A stretch of DNA of 64,000 nt, taken from NCBI RefSeq assembly GCF_001194135.2, contig NC_068996.1, positions 38,607,510 to 38,671,509 on the forward strand, given 5' to 3'. The position numbers and the translations under genes are program-made. Origin of the DNA: Octopus bimaculoides. Lineage: Eukaryota. Shown here piece by piece: positions 14,001 to 27,000 of this stretch; the first letter of the stretch is position 1; every line of letters starts with the position of its first letter. The notes beneath the pieces are model-generated. The model did no database searches and was not told the DNA's origin. It worked only from the letters and a program-made list of their open reading frames with translations.

Positions 14001-16181
14001 GGGGCACCACCTTGAAGAATTTTTTTTTTTTTTTGAAAAATATTTTTTGTAGCAAATATTCAAAACCAAAAGATTGCAATAACAAAAAAGCATTGCTGAG
14101 TGGGTTTTAAGTGGACGAACTTAAAACATCAGGAATATTAGTGTGGATACGGAAAGGGTGTGTTTGAAATTTAAAAAAATATTTTTCAGATTCATAATCT
14201 CTGGAATCCTCACAGAAGTTTTGCAAAAAAGTGAAGAAAAAAAAGTAAAATTAGGTGGGTTAAATTCAAGGCAGGGCCCCAGCATGACTGCAGTCTAATA
14301 ACTGCAACAAGTAAATTCTGGGGTCAATGCATTCAACCAAAACATCTTCAAGACAGTGCTTCAGCTTGGCCACAGTCTAATGACTGAAACGTAAAAACTA
14401 AAAAGAATAAATAAATAAAAAAGTAACTGAAAAATATAACCAAGGGGTTTTTGTCTGCTTTCGTAGTTTAACTAAAGGGAGTTTTGTCCAGATCCCAATT
14501 GAAGCATACAAGATGGTTCAGGTATTATTCCTAAATACCCTATTCATAGTATAGAGCCAAAATAATTAGATAAATTAATCAATATACAACTTGAACAATA
14601 AAGGCTAGAATATGAGATATTAGCTAGTGTCTGTGCAGAAACCTGTGAGAAAGACCCATCCAGATACGATGTATGTGCATGCAAATGCATACACACTTTC
14701 TTATTAAGAGTACTTAGAACAAAGAATTGCCCAGGTGATATACATAGCCAAGTTCTTCAGAACCAATACACAAGGGAAAGCTTTTTTTTTTTTTTAAATA
14801 TTGTTCATATCACCACAAGCTAATGCTGAAAATGTGTATGGATTTTTAAAAACTGAAAAAAAGCCTACATGTACTCAGTATGTATAGAGAAAGTGAAGGG
14901 AAAACGAGTCACATCTTTTAGTATATGGATTCTTTTCCAGCAGTTAAGATAAAATTTTCCTTTATGTTGCACTAATTTAACAAATCTGAACCAATATTAA
15001 TAATGACTTTGGAACCGCAACTTTGAACATAAGCTAGTTATATATATTTTACAGAATGTATAAGTTACATTAGTCTTGGACACAAATGTAATCTCACTCT
15101 GTAAACCACAGGTCTTGGGTCACCTTTTAAACCTTTTTATTTCTATTTTGAGTGGTTTCCCTTTACCGATTGTCTAAATAGAAGAGGCCTTTACAACTTC
15201 AATTTATTTGTATTAATAGGTCACTGCAACCTATTTATGTTCAATGCTCATTATTAATCATTTTAACAAAAACTATTTACACAATTTTTCTACATTAAAA
15301 ATTTGTAGTTCGCTCTTTCAATTTTGCCTTTTTTAATCAACAAAAATAATCAAGAGCTTTCTTGGTTTGGATGATTGAATGAATCATGAATTGGGTTCCA
15401 TTTCTTGTTGTTGCCACTTGTTTTGGTAATCATCACATGTTTTAAGTGCCTTCTTTACTATGCCTGCATGGGTCAGGTGATATTTGTTGAGGCAGATTTT
15501 ATATGGCTAGATGCCCTTGCTTTATATAGCCAGCATTTTTCCTTTTTCCAATTAAGGGAGTGTTTCACTAAGACCAGACATGTTTTCATGGCAGATTGGA
15601 AACAAAGGACACTGCTTGAATGATGGTAATACTCACTTTACAACTATTGTGTGATATCAAGATAAGGAGTACCAAACATCTATGATGTTTTTCTTTCAGT
15701 TTCCATATGCTAAATCTACTCACAAAGTTTTAGTGAGTTTTCAGGTTTATAGTGAATCATTTTCCCAGGATGTATCCCATGTACTTATGAAGCAAACTTC
15801 TTGATCTCAACTATACCTGTACCTCCATGCATCTGGTAGTGGCAGTTATTATATGCAAATAAATCCATGTACATTTTGCATGTTGTCAAATAATATATGT
15901 ATTTTTATGCACTTCACCTATTTTATTTCAAACCGCAAAATCAGATTTAATTCTAAATTTTTAAAATTTAGGTCATGGCGCTCCAAATTACATTTATTTG
16001 TAATACATGATAACAAGACTTTCAATAATGAATTTTACAATTAATATAGACAATATATGTTTTTGTAACATTTTTCAATACCTTGAGCTGAAACATTGAA
16101 TATTTTTCAGTCCCATTCCCCACTTAAATTTTGACTTAGTGTAAGTTGTGCTTTTAGGAATTAAAATTAAGGCAGTGAGTT

Positions 16182-16222
<41 letters not shown>

Positions 16223-17327
16223 TTTACTGGTTTCAGCTCAGGGCTGAGGTCATGCTGGTGCACCACCTATATGTATATATAAATTGAGACAATTTAGCTG
16301 AAGTGAAATAAATGCCCAAACATTGGAACATCTCCACTCCGTCTTTTCCTCCTCCCCTTCACTATATGTTAATTTGCTCTTTGGCATTTCCGTCCATGTA
16401 ATTTTGCATTATCATTTGACTGGCTGTGCTGGGGCACTGCCTTGAAGAATTTTTAATTGAATGAATCCCCCTCCTTTTTTTTTATTTTTTTTTTTATATT
16501 AAGCCTGGTACTTATTTTATCAGTTTACTTCTGCCAAACTGCCAGGTTAGTGTCTCAAGCGGTAGGGACTAACACAGACATACACACACACTTCTTTCAG
16601 TTTCTGTCTACCAAATCCACTCATAAGGCTTTGGTCAACCTAAGGCTTGCCTAGGACCATTTAGTTAGGAAGGAAACTTGTTACCATGCTCTCACACCTC
16701 TTATAAGTAAGGACAAAATAATAGGGAAATACCATTTGTTTCTGGAATCATTGGCTAAGGATTCTATGCTTCAATTCTGGTTTCTATCTGATTTCATGAA
16801 ATGTTCTTATTGTTTTACAAGACTTGCTATCTAGGATTTCTCATTTCTGTAGCTCTTTTCCAGTCAGCTTAACACGATGTTTGATTGTCGGTTGTTTTGT
16901 ACTTTATTTAACTTTTTTAAGAAAAAGATTTATATTAAATGCATTTTTCTTTTTTTTTTTTAGTAATATTTAAAAAAGATTTTTCTTCCATTATTCTATT
17001 GTCCGACATATATTGTACCACATCGTTCTAATGCATTCTATATTTGAGTCTTGTTCTTTCTCATGCACCAGCATATTGTACTTAAGTTGTTAAAATTTTT
17101 TTCATACCTTCACTTTAAAAGTGGGCCCTCAGTTGGCTCTCATTTGATTTGATTTCATTGTTTTTATATCCACTCTTCTGTGAAGGTAATGAGTTGGATT
17201 GGACAGAACAATGCAGTGTTGCAGCTTATATAACATTTCTTTTAGCATTGAGAGATACAGTGCATTATTATATAATTTAATCCATCTAGAGGCTTTTTAA
17301 AATGAATGAATATAACTCTGAAAATTA

Positions 17328-17365
<38 letters not shown>

Positions 17366-18003
17366 CACACAGCAGTTGTTAAAGAAATATTCTGTAAAAT
17401 AACCAGAATGTACATAAAATAAAAGAAGCAATTGATTGTTAAAATGTTCTTAGATGCTAATAGAAAAGACTTTCAATTTTCTAATGAAAATTGGCCTGGA
17501 TTAAGAATTTCAAATACCTCTAATAGGGAATTAAAATGTATGCAGGAATAGCGATTTTCACTTCAAAATTCAATCTTGGGTAAGATTTTCTAGTATATCC
17601 TCAGGCTGAACCAAATCTTGTGGGTGGATTTTACAGGCAGAAACTGAAAGAATTTCATTGTGTATTTATGTTCTTGATAATTGCATGTTAATTTCATTGG
17701 TTAACAGTGTTGTATGTATAAATTGATTTATATTTATATGTATTTTATCTATTCTAGGCTTTGATGTGAATTTCATGGATGATGTAGGTCAAACATTGTT
17801 GAATTGGGCTTCTGCTTTTGGCAGTCAAGATATGGTACATTTATTTATTTATTTATTTTTTTTATGTCATATTTCCTTTTGAATTACGTTTACTATGTGT
17901 TAGTTAATAATAATAATAATTTAATATTGAAAACCTGCAGTGTAACTAAACTAATATTTTTTGTAGTGTTTGGTGTTAATATTCTTTCTTGTTCCTGTGT
18001 GTT

Positions 18004-18069
<66 letters not shown>

Positions 18070-21000
18070 CTGTGTATGTTAATGTCTTTCTCAAAACTTT
18101 CTTAATCTTTATTTCATGATTGCAATGACTTAGATCTAATTTTAAAAGTTGCCAACTGTTATATCATTATCTTTAATCCCTCTGTCACCATTTGACTAAG
18201 AACATGAAGTCCTTAGGAGATTAAACAAGAAGCCTGTTATTCTTGGTTTTGTAATTTTAGTGGTTAGTTTTCAACTAAGTTCCTTCTGAGGTTTTCTAAC
18301 AGTTGTAATTGGCATTCTAATATATCAGCTCTTTAATAACAGGTTAGAATATTGTATATGAAGTTACCAAGAGTTCCCCAATAAAACGAATTTTTCTTGT
18401 TTGCTAGGTTGAATTTCTTTGTGAACGTGGTGCTGATGTAAACAGAGGCCTTCGATCATCCTCATTGCACTATGCAGCATGTTTTGGTAGACCTCAAATA
18501 GTAAAGGTTATTATCTGTTTGCTTATTTTATTGTTTATTAGTTTACTTGAAATTATTTAGGTTATGTGATGTTTAATGTTTTTGTTCAACTTACATAAAA
18601 TCTTCAATAAATCTAATTTAAAACATTTAAGTTTCAAATGCATGATTACAGAAATGGTTGTTTCCGATTTATTATTTAGACTTTACTAAGATATGGTGCT
18701 AATCCAGATCTTAGAGATGAAGATGGAAAAACTCCATTAGACAAAGCAAGAGAAAGAAATGACGAAGGCCATCGAGAAGTCATCCAAATATTACAATCAC
18801 CAGGTAAATTCAATTTGTAATGTATTTTGACTTAGCTGAGAAAAGGGGCTCTTGTGTTGAATGGGGAGGGACATGAAGTTTATTAGTGTGGTGAAATGAA
18901 AGATTATTAAAAAAAAAGTGTTTAACTTGTTCTTTATTTTAAACTTACAGCTTTGAAGTAATTCAGCTAAATGTATTTTTGGGGTTAACTGCCTCCTCCC
19001 ACCCACTCCATTGAGACCTCTTGGACTGGAATCATTGAATGTTTGCCACAGGTTGGTTTGGGTAACATTTAATTTAAATTGTCACCAATTAAAATTGAAA
19101 ACATGAGTATACATATGTATTGCCTGTGTGGTAGTAAGCGTGAGAAAGATGCAGTCTTAGAAAAGTGTAGGGAAAATGTTGTGCATACATTTTCTGGTTG
19201 ATGATAAACCAGCCAGAAGGTTGTACGTGTTTGCTATGAACCTTGTGCATGTTCAAAGGAGCACACATCCTTATGAACAAAATAAACTTATCTGGGGTAG
19301 GTCTTTGCTGCAGTTGGTCTGACATTTGTGAATCTGATTTATTCTCAGATTAATTTGAGCTGTCAAAGTCTTAGTTCATTGGGTTGAAATGTTCAATAGC
19401 CACAAGGCTATTGAACATTTCATTGAATTTTTTTTTTCAATTTCACGTCTTTTTTTTTTCTAGAAACTCTTCAGTTTCTATATATATAAAAAAAAAAAGC
19501 TTTCTAATAAAAGCAGTTCTAAATAAAAGATTTTTTTTTTGTTTCCCTTTATATATTTTTTAGTGGTTTTTAGTAATCTTTTCTTGTTGCTGTGTAATGC
19601 ATATATTTCAAATAAGTTTTACTTTTGTTACTGATATGATTTTTTTTTTAATGAGATGAAAATTTATGCAACAGATTGGAACATTTGATCTTGGGCCAAA
19701 ATTCTGCAACTTTAACTGTAGTAGCTGTGACACTTATGTTTATTGTGACTTTTTAAAATCTCTCTTCTTCCATTTCCTANNNNNNNNNNGTTCAAAGAGA
19801 AAATTCACAAATAGAAACAGACAGAGAAAAAGATTTGGTTGAAGAAGACAAAACAGAATGTACAGAACCAAAAGGTGATCCAGAAGTTGCCCCATTATAT
19901 ATTAAAGGGCTCCTGCCTGTCTTTGCACAAGTATTTCATGGATCCATGTTGATATCAGTCAGGTAATTAGTGACTTTTTTTTTTCTTATATGAAGGAATA
20001 CAATAAATTTCTAAATTTAACTTATTTTCAAAATATTCTCATGTGTTTTTTTTTCACCCTCTGAAGGAAAGCCAGCTTGTCACTCATCAGAAAAATGGTC
20101 CATTATATTAGTGGGCCACTTTTAGCTGAAATGAGTTGCTCAGAATTTAGCAGCCCAAATTTTGGATCATCTCTTACAGAAGTCATTGCTACAGTTCTTG
20201 ACAATGAAGTAAGTTCATGTTAACTTTAACTCTTTAATTACTACATTCAACTAGAATACACCTATGTGTTTCATTACTATTCCAAATTAACTATAAATTT
20301 TAATGCTTCATGAAACTATTATAACTTTCAATGAATATATTAGTGTTTAGACTATGAAAGGTCTTGTGTAAATCTGCAATGGATTTTTTGTCTCAGTTAT
20401 TCTAATTTGATGTAAAATTATATCTATGACAAAAAAAAAAAGCCCAAATTTTGTTCAGTTAAATAGGAGCCCATATCCTCCTTTTCCTTTGTTTGCATTC
20501 TGTGACAAATGGCCTCTTTCATCTGGGAAATTTCAATTGGAAGAAGCTTGAGTAAATAATCACTGTGTAAGTTTTCTAAAATATGTGATAGAGAAATATT
20601 TTAAGTTTTCACTGCAATCTCTTTTTGGAATTAATTCATTCTCTGCATAAGTTTTTTTCACTATCAGGTATTGAAGCATCTGGTTCTATGCCCATTGCAT
20701 TAATGCCTGTTGCATTTCCTGATCTGTAGTAGTTGCTTATTTCAAATTTATAAAATTACTATTGCTAAACCTGAGGTATATAAAAGTTTTAAAAAGGTTA
20801 TAACATTTGAAAACAGTAAAAATAAAATAAAATATTTAAAAAATAAGGAAAAATGGTAGTGGAAAATAATAACCAGATTTTCTAGGGTCATCAAATTCAC
20901 ACCTTAACAATATCAGTATACAGTGTTTACCTGTTGCAATTATATCTCTTATGTAGTAGCACAATTTTCCTGAATATTCTAATTTAGGTGTGAATAGGTA

Positions 21001-24000
21001 AATTTGGGCAATTTCTGCTTCTTCAGTAATATCCAAGATTGTTTGAGTAACAAGAACTAAAATAGTAAACATTTTTATGGAATGGATCGTTTTATTTACT
21101 CTTGTAGGAAGATGATAACGGCCATCTAATAGCATTGCAAGTGGTGCAAGACTTGATGAAGAAAGGGCAAGAAATTTATCTGGAACACTTTGCTCGCCTT
21201 GGCTTATTTAGTCGTGTACTAACCTTGGTTGGACCATTTGAAGAAGAGAAAGACAAGGAGAAGGTTTGTATTTGAAAATAATTTTTGCACAAGGCTCAAA
21301 TAGTAAAATGTTATTCTGGATGCCTTACTGTACCTAGTACTAAGTTCAAATTTCAAAGAGATGAGCTTGACCTTTTCATTTATTACTGGTTGGTAAAATA
21401 AATATTATGAATATACTTGGTTGATTCTAGAGAAAATTAATTTCATCTCACAAAAATAGAAGACATTAATTTTTAATATTTTGTTTCAGGAGGAGGAGGA
21501 ACCAGTTATTGAAGATGCTAAAGAAATTCTACCAGGCAAGCCTTATCACTGGAAAGATTGGAGTATAGTTCGAGGACGTGATTGTCTGTATCTTTGGAGT
21601 GATGCTGCTGCCTTAGAATTATCTAATGGAAGTAATGGGTGGTTTCGTTTCATATTGGATAGTAAACTTGCTACTATGTATTCCAGTGGAAGTCCAGAAG
21701 GAGGTTCTGATAGTTCTGGTAGGGCTTTGTTTTACTTTTTTCTTTTCCTGTTGCTATTTCATCAGTTTGGTTTTTATATCAATTAGCAAATATATTTCAC
21801 TAATCTTTTTAACTTCTACAGAAAACCGAGGCGAATTTGTTGAAAAGTTGCAAAAAGCTCGTAGTCAAATTCGTTCAGGGACAATGAGCCAACCAATTGT
21901 ATCAAAGCCTGACGCTGCCAGCTTGATTGTTGGTAATTGGGTGTTGATGTGCAAGAAAACTGGAGAAATGCAAATTCATAACTCCGATGGCCAACAGGTA
22001 AATGTTTGCTGAAAATCTATTAATTCAAAGTTTAAATTACTTTTTATCTACTTCCCATCTTCAGATTTTTACATAAGTGGAATGATAGTTGATAATGCCA
22101 GATTAAATAGTTGCCTTTTAGCATCTAGTCAATTCTGTGTTCAAATATCACCATACCAGTAAAGACTGGGGTTGATAAAATCAACTACAATACTTTTAAA
22201 TTTCTATTGTGTTGTACTAGAGAATAAAAGGTGAACTTATGATTTTAAGTTAAAGTGGTTTAAATTTCAGCTTAAAAGCATTTCACCATTTGTATAGGAC
22301 CCATCAAATTTTGTGCCTTATTTTTTTTTTCTTTTTCCTGTTTTAATGAAAGTTTTTCTTTTTTCCTTCTTCTTTCAAACAGCAATCCACATTGTTAGGA
22401 GAAGATCTGCCAGGATTTATTTTCGTTTCCAATAGAGGAACCAGACATTCTTTTACTGCTGAAACCACATTAGGTCCAGAATTTGCAGTTGGATGGGGTG
22501 GCAAGAAAAGTAAAAAGTCCAGGACAAAAATTGATGCTTTAAGAATGAAAGTAATTATACTTTAAGTATCTAATTTGGATTGTTTAAAATTTTTCTTTTA
22601 CACAATTATTTTGATATTTTCTCAAATAACTTTGGAAGGAGTTAGTTGATAACAATTTTGGATATTGCTATTGGGGAAACTGAATTCAATGAAGCTGGGT
22701 TAAATTTAATACTTGTCTAAACACACAAATTGAAATAACTCAAAATTGAATTTGCAAACTTTAATCTTTAATTTAAAAATTTTTTCACTTGTAATTTAGT
22801 CTTGCTTCTCCAATAACCTATACTTCAAAAAATTCTTGCTTTGTATTTTATTTTTTCCACCATACCATGATGTTTTATACATGGTACATAAACTGCATAA
22901 TTTTGAATTGACATGATTTAATTAAACCTTGTTTACTATTACACATTTTGTACTACATAAAATGGTGTTTTCTATTTTTAGGTAAGGACCTTAGCCAGGG
23001 AGCTATATGAGCAATACTTTAGAGTAGCTGAAGCTTCTCCTCGTAGCATTGTGGCTCGAATTAAAAACATTGTGCATCGACTTGAAGCTTCATATGCTAA
23101 ACAGATCAGTCAAATAAAAGTAAGTAGCTTCCTTCACTTGTAAAACTGATAGACTATGACAATTTTTAACACATCTAAAATCTGTTATATGATAAACATT
23201 AACCCTTTAACATTTAAACTGGCCATATCTGGTCCAGATATTTTACCTGTTTAGTGTTCAAACCAGTCAGATCCAACCTCTTACACCTACAGTGTCATTC
23301 TAAAAATAATCACATTATTGAAATCTCGAAACTGAGATAATATTGATCCAAAACATTGTGATTAAATAAGCATTATATTTTGACAGAATAATTTGAAAGT
23401 ATATCACTTAATGCATAAATTTATTACAAACATTACTTACGCATTTTCTCTGCTTTTCTATTTTAGTCCCCTACAGGTGAAGTGGAATGGGAGGAAGACA
23501 TGCATGCTGCTCTGGAAGAATTAACAGCATTATTAAAAGATGAGCACACAGTTTCTTCTTTCGAACTTTCAAGCAGTGGATTAGTCCAAACCTTGCTGAA
23601 CATCTTAAATAATGTAATTGTTTCTTCTTTAGTATTTTTAGATATATGAAGTTGCTTATTTTAAATACTAGAATTACTGCTTTTATGTTTTTGTTTTTGT
23701 TTTGTTTTGTTTTGTTTTCTTACATCCTGGTAACTAAATTTTCTAAAATAGCTACCATCAAATACTTATTCCATATGACATACAGTTGAGAAGTTAAATG
23801 CTATGTCTTAACTAAATTTAACACCTGGTTTGAAAAGTTGAATGATTTAGTCACTACAGTCAACTGGTTTTGTCTTAAACACAAGACTTCCAATATACTG
23901 ATTTATAAGGATGAGATTGTGAAATTCATGACTTTATAAAAGACATTAGTAAAGAAAGTTAAGTAGCCTAAACTGGAAATCAAGTTTAACTCCATGATTG

Positions 24001-27000
24001 TTTTGTATATATACTTATAATAGTGTAATTGACAAATCATTGAGCAAGTTATTGTTTTGAATTCAAGTCTTGAATTTGCATTAGTATCTTATGAGATACT
24101 AATATGAATTGCTAAAAGTACACAATATATAAAGTGTTGAGTTTATGGTGAACTTTTATTTAAAATATGGCCAGAAAGATAAGTAAAAGACTACCATTCT
24201 TGATTGCCATTTGAAATCCATAAGTTCAACTTGTTATAGGCAACATTTTGTGACAAGCTTGTCTTCTAATCTTAAAATTTTGCTTACATTTGCTTAATGC
24301 TATAAAAACTGAAGTTAAATATTAGCTTTATAAACACCTATAGTTCATAAGTGATTATAATAATATTACCCTTCTGATTGGAAATATGAAGCATGCCCTT
24401 TATTATTTTCAACTAGATTAGTTCATTTTTTTTTTCTCTTTTTCTCTTGCAGAATGTTGAAGATATGCAAACTAGAGCTAGCATGAAAAGAACAAATGAA
24501 AGAATAAAACTATTCAAAAGAATATTTCAGAAAAGAGAAGGGTGAGTACTTGAGCACTTCACGACTCAACAAAACTGTCATGATTGTAGATCCAATTAAA
24601 TTCAGTACTAGTAGAATATCAGAAGAATGTTTGATACAACTAGCATTTTAACTGTTTTATCTTTTAAATATTTTCCAGAGGTTTTAATCCAGCTGTTGCT
24701 CTTGTTAAAAAGCTTGTGGCTGTTTTAGAATCCATTGAAAAACTCCCTGTCTACAGTTATGATCTTCCTGGGTCTGGTTATGGTTTACAGGTAAGTTATT
24801 TTTTCTTTCTTTTTTTTCTTACTGGGTCTGGAGCAAGGGACAGGCCCTCCTAGACCAGTGGGATTGATACTATTAATGTCCCTCTTTGTAAGTCAACATC
24901 TACAAGAATGATAGGAGTTTAGACAGATCAAGAGGGTTGATGTTCGAGGAAGGAAGAATTGGGTGTCGTGATTAGTGAAAGTGCTAAGTGCAATGAGTCA
25001 TGTGAGAAGGGACAAGTGGTGTGAGAATGTTTGAGTGGAGATGGCATGAACCCAGCCAGTAGTTCAAAGGAGCTGAAGCAATTATAGATGTGGTAGAAAA
25101 GCTAGGAGGAAACAGAACACCTGTCTGTGAGCCATTTGTAAGGGACTTTATCCAATTTGATGAGTGGCTCTATTCTGGATATGCCTAGGGTGTGTGTGTG
25201 TGCAGCACTTACAAACACTTCAGATGTGAGAGCAACATGCCACTGAATATTACCTAAGCTTTTGTAGAGTACTAATTAATAATTGTTAGAGACTGAAATA
25301 TATTTTGGCTCTGAAGAGAAGGGCCAGTCAGTGTCGAAGATGTGCTTTTGCCAGAAGAGATTCTACCCACTAATTGTACTGCATTGATGTTTTCTTGATA
25401 TTGGTAGCATTCATGTTTATGTAGCCAATCAAAATTTAGTTGAATAATGACTTACGATTTATGTCTGCTATTTATCCCTTCTATTTTAGATCCTTACTCG
25501 TCGGCTTAGATTTCGATTAGAGCGGGCTGCTGGTGAAACTGGTTTAATTGATCGCTCAAACCGTACTCTAAAAATGGAACCCCTTACAACAATTTCTGCA
25601 CTTGAAAGATATCTTTTGAAGATGGTAAGAATATATTACAAATTTACAAACATTTCTTTGTAATCAAATGTAAACACAATTTTTTTATGTAAGAAATCAT
25701 CTAATGAAACGTAATTTATAAAGTCATTCCAATTTGAGTTCCTAATTAACTATTATAATGAAGTTGCTTATAAATATTCTTTTGGACTCTTTAGGTTGCC
25801 AAGCAGTGGTATGATTATGAACGATCAACCTTTACTTTTGTTAAAAAATTGAAAGAACCAGGCACATCAATAACATTTACTCATCAGCGGGACTTTGATG
25901 AAAATGGTCTAATTTATTGGATCGGCACTAATGCTAAGTAATTAATTTGTTTTTTATTCAAGTCTGAAAGTAATTTTGATGTTTTAAATCATTACAAAAT
26001 TCAAAAGATTTCTTAAAATATTGTTAGCTATTTTATTTCTAGCCAGAATATATAGGCCAAGGACTTTGCTAGTATATGTGTAAGATGAATTTTAATTTTT
26101 TTTTCTCTTTTTAATTTCAATGATGTATTAAAAAGGATATTTGGAATAACTTAACAAAACATATTTCACATAAATATATTAGAATTTCTATTATAGGTAT
26201 CTTCAGTAAAATTTTAATATTTTCAAAATCACTATCTAAAGTCATTTGGACTAAATAACAGAATTAATGTATTAGAGATGATTATGCACATTTGCTGAAT
26301 TTCAGTTTGCTTGAGTACATATAAAGCATGTGTAAAGGTAGTCCATCAATGTTTAAAAAAAATTATAAAGAGAAATTCAAGTTTGGAGAATTTGAAAGGT
26401 TTGCTGGTATTTCTTAAAGCTTTGGCTTGTTTCCTCTGTGTAGCCCTGAAGCCTAATTGATAGATAGTGCTGCCTACTTGCTAAGTTTTTAAAGAAATGT
26501 TCTAATAAACTCTATGGATATGGGTGGTGTGAACATAGTAGCACAACTCAAAAAATATGTTAGTGTCATAATATTAGGAAAAGAATCTGAAATGTTCATC
26601 CATGCCCCAGTAACTGATTATCTTCTGTAGCCTCCAAATACCCTTTTTGACAAAAATATCCAAATTTCATCTAAGCATGTAGACGTTCAGGAGTTCTCCT
26701 TTCCTCTTTTGTTATATATATATTGAGTAGTGCTTGTTTTTCCAGTTTGCATGTGGAAAATTTTCGAAAATAAATGGCAAATTATTTTGATTTGATGTAA
26801 AAACTGATTGGATCTTGTTTCTTCCAAAAACATTAAAATCTCATTTTGTATTTCATTCTATTTCGTCTGTTGAACAGTCTTCTGGTCTTCTTTACCATCA
26901 AGTGACACTGTTAATTTGTGTTTGCTATCAGAAATAGATATATCCGATTCCAAATTGTGATAATTGTTGCATTTTTCACTTACTGCTGTTGCCTCTTCCT

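Noticed and set aside
23467-23476. Alternative acceptor ctacag at 23476 for exon 14
   Set aside because: It is 10 nt downstream of the in-frame acceptor and would shift the frame.
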